A DNA stretch of 64,000 bases from positions 41,726,001-41,790,000 of the forward strand of contig OX597820.1 of NCBI GenBank assembly GCA_951406725.2, given 5' to 3'. Numbering within the stretch: position 1 is the first letter of the stretch; each line of letters starts with the position of its first letter. A program made the translations under genes and the position numbers. This document shows positions 29,345-41,589 of this stretch, piece after piece. The DNA comes from Octopus vulgaris. Its lineage: Eukaryota. The notes under the pieces are model-generated. The model was given only the letters and a program-made list of their open reading frames with translations, made no database searches and was not told where the DNA came from.

Positions 29345-30035
29345 CCTCACTTAACTTGTCTCTTCCTCTCTCTCTCCCCCTCACTGTTCTTCATGGTCTC
29401 CTCGCACCATTCCCCTTCTTCTCTCTCTTCCTCTTGCTCCTCCTCCCCCATTCCCGTCGTCCATCTGCGACGTACTTCCGTCGTAACTGCTATCCCGTCC
29501 TTTCTCGCCTGCCTTCTAAGGCCACTGGTCGACATCTTCCTCTCTCGTCGTCCACTATAATCCAGCGTTTGCAATACTTTTTTCGTCTGGCGTTAACAGC
29601 CCTTCTTATCTTGTTCTCCTTGTCCTGTCTCTCACTGTTATATATTTATTTTTCCACTGTTTATATATATATTTTTTACTGTTTATATGTTTGTACTGTC
29701 GTTACCGTCTTGCTTTTTTTACCCCTCTGCGACAAGATCTCAGAATTTTAATTGATTTGCTTTTCGCAGGAAGGAATTTTTCATTCGAAGTATACGTCTC
29801 GCTTTTATCCTTCGAAACGTTTAGTAGATGAAACTTTAGCGACTGAAGAAGGGGATTTTTCGTTGTGCTTATTGTCCTGTATCTCCTTTTTTTGCCTGTC
29901 TTGTTCCTTGGTTTGTGTCTATGTTTTTCGTCTCTCTATGTGTTCGACGTCCTTTTGGTGTCCTGTACACATATATGCGTGTATATGTACATGTAGAGGT
30001 AGGTACGTACATATATGTTTATATATATGCATATA
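29345..30035 (+). repeat. Interspersed repeat, possibly a Penelope-like 3' UTR/pseudo-LTR
   Basis: Pyrimidine-rich, CpG-rich block ending in a TA-rich tract and containing cgaaacgt and ctgaaga motifs; no ORF. Confidence 0.3.
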
Positions 30036-30789
30036 TTTTATTAACATATATATATGTATGTATTATATTCATATATATGTATTATATGATCCATGAAAAC
30101 TCTATGACTTTGTTACTTATCAGTCTCAGAGACACCATCGAATTCAATAGTATTTTGGGCAGTTTGTATTGAAGGAAAAGGTAATTTCTTACGATAAGTC
30201 GTAATAAACTAATATTTCAGTGTTGACTATTATTTTGGGTAGGCAAATGATAGGCAAAAAATACTTATATATAGATTATATGAATGTTACGCTCCAATTT
30301 TCATGTGTTCCTTGAACTTATATGTTGGTCAGATTGTTAAATGCCATTATATAAGTTTAAATATTTTAAGAGAAAAAAATATCTCCTCGAGAGAAAATAT
30401 ATTATGATTTTTTCCATTTCTAAAGCAAAAGATATTTATCATGTACGATCTTCCTGATTGAAAAGCACCAGCAGTTTATAATACTGAAAACGTTAATTTC
30501 CACTAGAGGTTACAAAATTCAAGAAAGATCGTAATCGGGCTATTTTAAGGTATGGTACTAGGGTAAAATGTTGAACTTGTAGGAATGCAACTGAACAAAT
30601 AAGTAATTGGAAAATAAATTAACGCGATCTGACAAGGACAAAAATGTTATGAAAAAAATGATAAACAGACGAGAGAAAATAGTTCAACTGAAGTATATAG
30701 TATGATTAAAACACTGCCTAGCAAAATACAGACAAGAAACATCGTATTTATTATTCATTTGTTATTGACGTAAATAGAAATAATTTACA

Positions 30790-31415
30790 AATTTTAGTGA
30801 GAAAATTTTCGTTGCTGTAAACTTTTACTTTTCCAATATTTACAGTTATTTGCGATGTTGCAACTCGTAAATCGTCTTCGAGATGAATATCTGTCAATCT
30901 TGACTTAGTTTTCGACTTTATTATTTTCATTCGAGAAAACATTTTGTTCGCATTTATGCGTACTACCAAACAAGGCAACATATTCTCTATCGGACTAGAT
31001 TGTTATTTTCTTTAGTAAAAGTTCCATGAAACAGCAGTAAACGTTCGCCTTTAAATGTTTTCAGAAGAAATTCATCACTCCGAAGCTCAATTATTTCCAT
31101 TAACAGTCTCTATCGTGCTATCTTTTCAACATCAGCATTAAATGGATTTCTAAAATAGCTAAACTCAACATCTTTAACTTTGTAGTCCTTAAATTTGGTT
31201 TCCATTTCATTTAACTCCTCAAAAACATCACTACCCCTAGACTCCGTGTGATTGGCTACGGTGGGGAAAAGGAAAGCTATAATCATCGTACGTAGATTTA
31301 TCTCACTTGTGAAGTTTAATTCTTGCTTCAAAAGCTTATTCATGAGTCAAATGATTTCGCATTTGCCATTCTGAAATTGAGATCATAGAAATTGGTAGTG
31401 ATATCTACGCGCTCG
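30790..31415 (-). mobile_element. hAT transposase C-terminal remnant (SPIN/Charlie/GTF2IRD2-like)
   Basis: Reads DITTNFYDLN.., YFRNPFNADVEK, LFGSTHKCEQ/MFSRMKIIKSKTKSRLTDIHLEDDLRVATS, the hATC dimerisation region. Confidence 0.85.
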
Positions 31416-32064
31416 CACACACAAAATCACAAATATAAACACATATATATATATAAAAAAAAAACAAAGAAAGTGCTATGAAAATTTTGTCAAACAAAAG
31501 AAAGCGAATATTTATATCATTAACAAAATATGCTAATGGTAACGATCGAGAAGGGAAAATAAATTGAAATAAATCAAATTAAATTAAGCATTTATGATAT
31601 CAGTTTTCTAATGTCACATTTTTTTTTTGTTACAAGTTTCATATAGCGCTGGTAGTCGGTTTCCTTTTGATGGCTTCTGAGTGGTACTAGTATTAGTAAA
31701 AGTTTAAGCAGTGCACTTGACGTTTGTTCCTTAATGGGGATGTCGTTACTAAGGTGTGGTTATTACAAGTAGCAGCAGCAACGGTAGTGGCCGGAGTAGT
31801 GGTGGGTGTATCAGTCCCACTAATAGCAGTAGCAGCTGGCTATTAGCAGTAAACATTCTCTTTTGTCTCTAATTGGAAGAATACATTTCGCGGTGAGTTT
31901 TGTGGCGTCCGATATGAAGGACTACACATCATTTGTTTTTTCTTCATACTTTGAAATCAAAATTAATTCCTAGGACATCGCAAATTATTCTAATAATAAG
32001 GTTGAATAAATGTTTTAAAAGCACGAGAACTCAGCGTTGTCCCGTTCACAAAGTACTTTTCGAT

Positions 32065-32102
32065 CATATTATCATTATTATTTTTATTATTATTATTATT
32101 AC

Positions 32103-32166
<64 letters not shown>

Positions 32167-32211
32167 ATTATTATGATGATGATTATTATTATTATTATTA
32201 TTATTATTATT
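32065..32211. repeat. (TTA)n array
   Basis: Seen directly; abuts the SINE B head. Confidence 0.95.
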
Positions 32212-32352
32212 GAGGCGGTGAGCTGGCAGAATAATTAGCGTGCCGGACACAATGCTCAGCGGCATCTCGTCTGCCTTTACGTTCCAATTTGAAATTCCGC
32301 CGAGATTGAACTTGCCATTCACCCTCTCGGGTTCAATGAAAGAAGTACCAGT
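32212..32352 (+). mobile_element. SINE family B 5' part
   Basis: gaggcggtgagctggcagaataattagcgtgccgg..aatgctcagcggcat..gaaattccgccgag..aagtaccagt. Confidence 0.8.
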
Positions 32353-33089
32353 TTCGCAAACAAAGTGGAATTCCAGTGAAGGATGCTGGCTATCGTCGAC
32401 AATTAAGTTTTTTTGTTTTTTTTTGCTAACTTAAAAGAATAGCCATCGTCACTTATAGTGATCACGGTAACACCTTCTAATAAAAAACATACTTTTTGTA
32501 AACATACTTTTTGTATTAGGGGTTTTCTGCTAACACAATGGTAAATAAGTCATATATTGCTTACATCTTCATTGACGTTACTGCAACGTTCATAGTGATA
32601 CGGTTGATCAGCAAAATCACTTTTGTTGAGTTTGGAAGATATCGTTAGAAAAACAGCTGAAAAATATATTTGTACACAATGCCTCCTTTTCTTATGGCAG
32701 TTAACCGGCAAACCCATTCATACATAGACACATACTGACACATACATATATGCATGCATAGGTATATATATGTATATGAATGTAGATATGTATTGTGTAT
32801 ACATGGATGTGTGTAAGGGGGGGAGCGGTAAAAGAAAATAGAAATACTAAACAAAACGTGTAACTCAAAATTCATATGAATAAATAAATAACCGAATACA
32901 TTCAATATTGAAAATGTCAACAAGAAAATTATCATTGCTAAAGTTGTCACTATAGTTACATATATATTATTATATATTCATAAACGCACGAATACATATA
33001 AATATACAATTTTGCTGAAAGTGAGAAATCATGATTGTTTATTCATCGACCAGTCCCTCTTTATTTCCGTGTGTGTACACACACACACA

Positions 33090-34375
33090 CAGCTCAAATT
33101 TACAGAAAACAAAGGACGAAGACAACTGAAGGAACAACAAGCAGGTGCATTAGTTTCTAACGCTCGGGAATAATGGAAAAGTCTTTGACGTTTCGATCCT
33201 ACACTCTTCGAATGAAAAGATTAAGAGGAAAAAAAACGGAGAGAGAAAAATGTGTAGGAATTAACGGTTCAACATAATGAAATGCTAGGAAGAAAAAGGC
33301 TGAATGAAAGGGGGATAATAATGGTGAACCGGACGAACTAAGGTGTGAAAGCGCGTGTGTATATGTAAGAAAGGAATATGTATATGTGTGAATAGGGGTG
33401 GGTGCGTTAGCATGTATGTATGGGCGAGCTTAAAGTTATGTGGGCCTGAGTGTGTGTGTGTGTGTTTATATATAAGTAACCTAGAGTGTACATTCATTGG
33501 AGTTATGTGCTTTTCATGTACTGATGTGTATGTGAGTGTGCGTATGGACGTGTGCACATATGTGTAAGGTTATCCTTTGTGTGTACAAAGGCATGGGCCT
33601 CTATTTGTGTATGTGTATAAGGAACTTAGTGTGCGCGTTGTCAGGAGGGATGTGCGTCTTGTGTGTTTGTGTGTGGGGGGTATGAATGTGTGTATATGTG
33701 TGAGGCTATTGTGTGTGTGCATTTGTGTGTGTGTGCATCTGCTAACGCTTGTATTTAGCAGCTGATGTGTGCTTGTTTGGGTGGTTTGTGCACTTGTGTA
33801 TGTGCTCGTGTGACTGTGACCCTATAGTGTGCATGTGTATCATCGATGTTTGTGTGTGAAAGTTGTATATGTTTATGAGTTGCGCGTGTTTGTATACTGT
33901 CTGTATTCCGGCGTTTTGTGAGGGGAGGTGAGATTGGAGTCAGGGGAGGTGTGATTGGAGTGAGAAGGTGTGTGTAGGTATGTGCTTAATGGTGTGTGAT
34001 GTGAGTACTGTGTTGAACAGTGTGTGTGTATAGTGGTGTGTGTATGTTGGGGATACCGAGTTAGGCAGTGTTCAGGAGTGTGGGTCGAAGGGAGGGACAG
34101 TTGAATGTGAGAGGTGTGTGGGAATCTGTGTGGGGTCGGAGTTAAATGAAGAGAGGTGGTGAATTGAGGCCGTAAGGAGCAAAATAATGAAGAGAGAAGA
34201 TTAATTTCTGTTCACAGCAAAGTCGAGAGCCCAGGTGGCCCTTGCGCAGAGACAGTTCGAACATATACAGATGTAGCGAACGACCGGTGGGGCGGAAGTG
34301 GTGTGCAACTGGGGTGTCATTTCCGCGTCAGATGTCTCGGAGGTGATCAGGGAACCAGTCAGCACCAATGTACGA
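33090..34375 (-). mobile_element. Penelope-like element 3' end (GIY-YIG endonuclease remnant, low-complexity UTR, pseudo-LTR)
   Basis: 34375-34142 reads SYIGADWFPDHLRDI*RGNDTPVAHHFRPTGRS..EQKLIFSL/FAPYGLNSPPLFI*, matching YIG..HLxDI..PVAxHF..EQxLIFxL..PxGLN; a degenerate hammerhead-like motif lies at 33182-33220. Confidence 0.8.
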
Positions 34376-34408
34376 AGAGAGAGAGAGAGAGAGAGAGAGC
34401 AAGGGATA

Positions 34409-34472
<64 letters not shown>

Positions 34473-34539
34473 CGCGTGTGTGCGTATGTATCTATCTATG
34501 TATGTATGATTGCAGGCATAGACATGTCGCTAGCTCGCG

Positions 34540-35243
34540 AAAAAGCTGTAAAGACTGATTGAAAACTCGCAAGATTTTAAACGCGACCCCATGAAGTGAG
34601 CAAAAGCGTATTTAGAAAGCAGAACAGAGTAACAGCAGTATACGTTGGGTCTGGGGGAAATAGCTGGATCTCATTGTTTATGGTTGTCTTGGCTTTACCA
34701 AGAAAATATACATACCACAGTTATGATAGGGTTAATACACTGGTAGCCATGTCAGCTTTATCGAATACCACTTTAAAAGAGTTTGTGGAGGCATACACCA
34801 TAAACGATTGCAATCAATTACAAAGCGACAATACCCATACACCCACTGATTTCAAATGTAATCAACTAGATTTTGTTGTGAGGATTTACCAGAAAGAGAA
34901 ATACATTCTAGTCGAGGTAACGATTCCTACCGATGATAATGCAATTCTCAAAGAAATGGAGAATCTATTCAAATGTGATAATGTGGAAATGGTGATATCT
35001 CAAACGTGAAAGGTGAAAGTGGAAGCAATCTCCTTAATAAAAAGCAACTTCAGGATGATGAGAAAGGAGGCAGGCAAATTTAGAGTAAAAACACCAGGAC
35101 TTAAAAATGTGCACAACATACAGAAAACAGCATTTCTAATCGATGCACTTATTTTTAAGTAGAGTTCATTCAATACATTAGAAAGAACAAAATAAGCGCT
35201 GGCTGTATTGAAATGAAATCATACAAAAGATAAGATTAATGAA
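34540..35243 (+). mobile_element. Old, diverged copy of the R4/Dong-type LINE 3' region
   Basis: YTYHSYDRV..PTDFKCNQLDFVVRIYQKEKYILVEVTIPTDDNAILKEMENLFK..KTPGLKNVHNIQKTAFL aligns with YIHRHDRV..HTDREIKANRPDIVVRD..IDVSIPADDNVSLKEMEKLSK..KTPGLTNTYNIQKIALL of the downstream copy; the 3' UTR is similar. Confidence 0.85.
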
Positions 35244-35244
35244 T

Positions 35245-35306
<62 letters not shown>

Positions 35307-35401
35307 TGATGATGATAATAATAATAATAATAATAATAATACTGTTGATAATGATGATGATGATGATGATAATACTACTACTACTACTACTACTACTACT
35401 A

Positions 35402-35486
<85 letters not shown>
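35244..35486. repeat. (TAA)n compound array between two RLE LINE copies
   Basis: Seen directly; includes GAT and ACT interruptions. Confidence 0.97.
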
Positions 35487-35489
<3 letters not shown>

Positions 35490-37791
35490 CTGAAGAGGTC
35501 ACCCAGGCACTGCAAAGACTAAGCAACTGGAAGGCACCTGGGCATGACAAGATCCCCAACTTCTGGTTGAAATATCTAACAGGAATGCACAAAAAGCTGG
35601 CTGAAAACTTTAACAACGTACTAGCAGAGCCAGAGACAATGCCTGAATGGCTCACGAAGGGGAAAACCATCTTAATTCCCAAATCAAATGAAACAGAAAA
35701 ACCAGAAAACTACAGACCAATAACCTGCCTCCCTACTATGTTCAAGGCATTTACTGCAGTGATATCACAAAGGCTGAACAAGCACCTGGACGAAAACAAA
35801 CTGTTCCCAGAAGAACAGAAAGGATGCCGCAAAGGCTCATATGGCTGTAAAGATCAACTAATGATTAATAAAGCCATAACTGAAGACAGCCACAGAAAGA
35901 AGAAAGGCCTCAGTATGGCCTGGATTGACTACAAAAAGGCGTTTGATAGCATCCCCCACACATGGATCCTCGAAACACTAGCCATTAACAAAGTAGCACC
36001 AACAATCATAAAATTCATAGAGCACTCTATGAATAAATGGCAAACAATCCTACACCTCCAAACAAAAGAGGGACTCATGAAAACCAAAGACATCCCCATT
36101 AGAAGAGGAATATTCCAGGGAGACACGCTCTCTCCACTCCTTTTCTGCTTGGCACTGTCACCTCTATCTGATATGCTAAATAGAACTGGATGCGGATATA
36201 AATGTTACGGCAAAACGATCAGCCACCTTTTATATATGGATGACCTAAAACTATACGCTGCAAATGACAAACAGCTGGAAACACTATTAAAGACAGTTCA
36301 TGGATTTACCAAAGAAATAGATATGAAATTTGGATTAGAAAAATGCGCCAAAGTAACCATGAAAAGAGGAAAACTAGTTAAGAGTAACAACATCACACTA
36401 GATAAAACCAATGAAATAAAAGAATTAGACCAAAGCCAAACTTACAAATACTTAGGAATCCATGAACTAGATAAGACACAACACACACAAATGAAAGAGA
36501 AAATAAAAAAAGAATATTATAGACGAGTTAGATCAATACTAAACACAGAGCTCAATGCTAAAAACAAGATAATAGGTATCAACACTTTAGCTGTCCCAGT
36601 TATAAGTTACAGCTACAATATCCTTAACTGGACACGAAATGAACTGACCAAAATAGATAGGAAAACAAGAAAAATAATGACAGGATCTAGGATGCATCAC
36701 CCAAAATCTGACATAGAAAGACTATATATACAACGTATGGAAGGTGGTAGAGGCCTTATACAGCTGGAAAACTACTATAAAATAACCACCATAGGACTGC
36801 AAAAATATCTACTTCAGAAGGAAGGAAAACTGATCCAGATAGCGGCAAAACACGAGCAAAACAAAAAACTGTTCTCAGTATTTAAGGAAGCTGACAAATA
36901 CAAACAAGAAATCATACCACCTAATAAACATGAAGAAGAAGAAGAAGATGAAGAAACAACAAAAGCTATAAAACAAATGAAATCCAAACTAAAAACAGAA
37001 CAGCAACGAACCATGATAAAACGATGGCAAGAAAAGCCCTTCATGGTAAATACTGCACTAAACTAAACGCAAAAGAAATAGACAAAGAAAAATCCCAGCA
37101 ATGGTTGAGAAGCTCAGGACTCAAAGCAGAAACAGAGGGATTTTTAATTGCAGCACAAGACCAAAGCCTCCCCACCAGAAATTACCAAAAACATGTAATG
37201 AAAAGAAATATTACAAGTAACTGCAGAATATGTGGAGATGGACAAGAAACAATAAATCATATTATCTCTAGCTGCCCAGTCCTGGCTAAGAAGGAATATA
37301 TTCACAGACATGACAGAGTTGGAACCTACATACATTGGAAGCTATGCCAACATTATGGAATAACAACAGAAAAAAGATGGTATAGGCACACACCAGAAAA
37401 GGTCACAGAAAACGAGAAAGCAACCATACTCTGGGATATGCCGATACACACAGATAGAGAAATTAAGGCCAACAGACCAGATATAGTTGTCAGAGATCAT
37501 GAAGAAAAAAATGCTTTTTAATTGATGTATCAATACCGGCAGATGACAACGTGTCTCTAAAAGAAATGGAGAAACTCTCAAAATACAAAGACCTGGAAAT
37601 AGAGGTAACTAGAATGTGGAATCTGAAAACAGAAACAATTCCTATCATAGTAGGTGCATTAGGCATGATAAAAAAAATATTCAGACAAATACATAACAAA
37701 AACACCAGGACTTACAAACACATATAACATACAGAAAATTGCACTACTAGGCACTGCCCACATCCTACGCAGAACACTTTCCATACAATAA
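35484..37791 (+). pseudogene. RT-RLE polyprotein (partial), three single-base frameshifts
   Basis: WKAPGHD, YRPITCL, WIDYKKAFDS, RGIFQGDTLSPLLF, HLLYMDDLKLY, YKYLG; CRICGDGQETINHIISSC; RHD; NRPDIVV..IDVSIP..KYKDL; stop at 37789-37791. The poly-Ile N-terminus of ORF 35303 is a microsatellite artefact. Confidence 0.93.
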
Positions 37792-37891
37792 CCATCAGAG
37801 CATCACAACAAATCACAGCACATACCCAAGGCACACAGAGCTGCGCTCGGTAGTGAAGTGAAAGCACGCTATAAAAATAAAAATAAAACTA

Positions 37892-37895
<4 letters not shown>
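35484..37895 (+). mobile_element. R4/Dong-clade non-LTR retrotransposon, 5'-truncated, inserted in (TAA)n
   Basis: RT followed by a CCHC knuckle and restriction-like endonuclease, a ~100-nt 3' UTR, and TAA arrays on both flanks. Confidence 0.93.
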
Positions 37896-37936
<41 letters not shown>

Positions 37937-37940
37937 CATC

Positions 37941-37981
<41 letters not shown>

Positions 37982-38014
37982 TATAATAATAATAATAATA
38001 ATAATGATAATAAT
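37896..38014. repeat. (TAA)n array
   Basis: Seen directly. Confidence 0.97.
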
Positions 38015-38019
38015 ATTTT

Positions 38020-38190
38020 CTTCTGAAATTCACAGGAAGTAAAGTTAGTCGATATCAGAATTACGTTAAAACTTATTTCTATTCACTCTGTAAATATGAA
38101 AGGCAAAGTTGACCACGCCGGAATTTGAAACGGCAAGAAATACAGTAAGATATATTCCGACGGGTAACAAGTTTTCCAGTTCACTACCCT
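38020..38190 (-). mobile_element. SINE family B, degraded
   Basis: atgaaaggcaaagttgaccacgccggaatttgaa..ttccagttcactacc. Confidence 0.7.
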
Positions 38191-39168
38191 TTGCTCAATA
38201 GGAAGTATAATTAAATCAATTACAACATCAAAACCATGCAAAAGCAGAACAATAGGCCAAATATTATAAGTGCATGTGGATACTTGCTGTCATGCAATCG
38301 TGTTAGGGTAAGATGTACGAAAATGTGATACAATAAAGAGATAGTGTGTGAACGACAGGAACACAAGTAAAATGTGATTGGAAACTGCAATATTTATTAA
38401 ACCTCTTGCACAAAGAGTAAGAATGTGAAATTTAAAATGAGAGTGTAGTTGGAGTACGAGGTATTTTGTTACATTAAGCTGAATGAAAACTCGAAACAGT
38501 CTCAATATACTGATACGTTTCAATGGAAAACAGAAATATTTCACTGGCAGTTTTACTATGGATTAGAATATCTGGAATAATGATAACAATATATGTAGAT
38601 TTGCTAATATTAAGTAAATAAAATTGCAATGCATTTGTAATTTGATTTTTATAACTATCCTTAAGCTGTTCAGTAGATTAAAGCAAAATATTAGAAGCTA
38701 TCTTTTTTCAACTGAGCAATTGGTTACGTGTTTAAAGACCCAACACTGTTGTTATGTACTATAACACTTAAAACTTATTGGCATACGAGGTTTGAGAGTG
38801 TAGGAAACAAATTTATTAATATTTTCACTCATAATTTCGAACAGAAAAACGCCATTCTTAAATCTATTTTAAAAACTACGATAAATTTTGAGGACACGTA
38901 CTCAAAAGTAATGTCACTTATCAAACGCAACACACATGTGTACAGTTCTCGACAATGAATAATTGTATTGCATACGTACATCGTATTCATATTCAACTTT
39001 GGAAAGATATTATTTGTACAGAAACACTCATTGACATGAACTAATAAAACTTGTGATGTAAAAGAACGTACAGAATTCAGTATCAGCGAGAATCTTTACT
39101 ATCTTAACAAGTGATGATGTCTATATTTTTTGTATATATTCATTCGATGATACATAGAAAAATGGGCG

Positions 39169-39205
<37 letters not shown>

Positions 39206-39349
39206 GTATAATATATATTTACGTATTTATATATGTAGTTACGACGGCATACACACAAACACACACGCACGCGTGCACACGCATACACACATACGTACAC
39301 ACATACACTATATATGTATGTATGTATATATATATATGTGTGTGTGTAC

Positions 39350-39380
<31 letters not shown>

Positions 39381-39676
39381 TATAATCATATACATAATTA
39401 TAACAAGAGTCTGCTGGCTATAAGTGTCTGAACACGCTGGTAAAGACACAATTTCCACCTGAAAATCTCCTAGAATAACACCCAGTGTGTTAGTCTTGGA
39501 GATTTTAAGGTCTTTTGGCATCTATTTTTCCAGCGCGTAGAGAGGCTTATAGGTAATCCCTTCTTATAGTTATGTATATAATCATAAAATATTTGTAAAA
39601 TTTACCTATAAGGTATTGATTTCCGTGCTGACCCCTGGTAAAATCATTAATGATTTTTACTCTATATTATAAATAA

Positions 39677-39753
<77 letters not shown>

Positions 39754-39816
39754 ATGTATATTACATATATGTATATATATATATATATATATATACACGT
39801 ATATATATACGTATAC

Positions 39817-39855
<39 letters not shown>

Positions 39856-40128
39856 ATATATATATATATTTACATACATACATATACATTCATATACAAA
39901 TATATACACATACACATGCTAACACACGCACTTTTATATATATTTCCATTTAATATATCAGTATATCTATACATACTAAGGGATGCATGTATATATAGAG
40001 ATTCGATGTATATAAACACGCATATATATACATTTGCGCTCGTGCGAGCGTGAATGTATGGTATGTGTGTAAATGCGTGTATGTATGTATGTATGCATAT
40101 AGTAATATATATATATATATACATACAT

Positions 40129-40171
<43 letters not shown>

Positions 40172-40975
40172 TACACATATATTCGTAAGCATAGATATGC
40201 TGAGTTATTAAATGAGAATGTGTAATGACTATGATTGTTTACGTTACTGTATTTATGAGTATATAGGTGTCTGTATGCGAATATGTGTGCGTGTCAGTCT
40301 GTGTTTGTCTGCGTGCATGCGCATGAGATATGTACTGTGTTTATGTTTCGAAGCTTAATTTCCTAATATAAAAGATGTAAAGACAAAGTTAATCAAGAAA
40401 ATAATGTGACAATAAAAATTTTCTGTATGGAATTTGACACTTATCTGCTGTCGCCATCCATCATTGAATGTATAATGTTGGAAAAGAAGAAAAACGTTGT
40501 TTACCTGCAAAAGAAAACAATAACCGTCTTAGTGACAATAACAACAACAACAACTGAACAGCAACAATATTGACATCATCAACATCATAATCATCATGGA
40601 CACAAACAACATGAGTATAACTTAAAATTGCGTGTCATATATATGTATATATATATATCAAACAACATATTCGAGAATGTATATTAAATCGAGCAGTCAA
40701 CAGAAAATGGTTCATTTTAGTGTTGAATGTTTATTGCTTCTTTTGGCAATTCAACATGGTCGTCACGAAATAAGGAAGTAAAATGGAAATAACAATGTGT
40801 ATGTAGTAAAACTGTGAAGCAATGATTAATCTAACAAGTAGGGACGGATTGAATATTCCAAACAATATTTCTGAACTTGAGTAGAAAACAAAATGACAGC
40901 CAAACTGGAAAAATAATTATCTGAAATATAGAAATCCTATGAATGATAGCTATGAATGATAGCTATGTCGATATG

Positions 40976-41024
<49 letters not shown>

Positions 41025-41589
41025 TAGAAATATTAAAATTACTAAGTCTCTCTAAAGGAGATTACGGCAGCGTTACTGGGTATTAATAGTTATCGCCATA
41101 CTAATATGGCAGTCTATAAATATAAGACTAAAGCTGTCGCTGATTAGCTCCAAGAGGCCTGCGTCCATTACAACCTTCGAACAGGGGAGGTCAGCCGCTT
41201 CACCTTGCTAGTCAGACAACTGCAGACATGTTTCAGGGTTGTTGCCCTTTATCAATGCAGCGTGGTCAGACCCACAGGTGTCGCTACTGACCGTCTGTTC
41301 GAAGATTTTATTTACCTAGTTACAGTGGAATACATCCACTTGTTTTCAATAATAGAAATATTAAAATTACTAAGTCTCTCTAAAGAAGATTACGGCAGCG
41401 TTACTGGATATTAATAGTTATTGCCATACTAATATGGCAGTCTATAAATATAAGACTAAAGCTGTTGCTGATTAGCTCCAAGAGGCCATCGCCTCTAGCT
41501 AGCTATATGACACACGAACCTGCGTCCATTACAACCTTCGAAGTCTATATTTATAGACTGCCATATTAGTATGGCGATAACTATTAATA
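41025..41589 (-). mobile_element. Non-coding Penelope pseudo-LTR/retrozyme-like unit (1.5 tandem copies plus an inverted tail)
   Basis: Direct repeats 41025-41181 and 41353-41542, an inverted partial copy at 41543-41589, a hammerhead fold between the repeats, and (TA)n on both flanks. Confidence 0.7.
41220..41260 (-). ncRNA. Minimal type I hammerhead ribozyme, U3-A8 core variant
   Basis: Minus strand ctgca-TTGATAA-aggg caacaa ccct-GAAA-cat-GTC-tgcag: 5-bp stem I, 4-bp stem II, palindromic ACATGT stem III. Confidence 0.7.

Noticed and set aside
35303-35483. Hydrophobic N-terminus of the 587-aa ORF as a signal or transmembrane region
   Set aside because: It is the in-frame (TAA)n target array, not part of the element.
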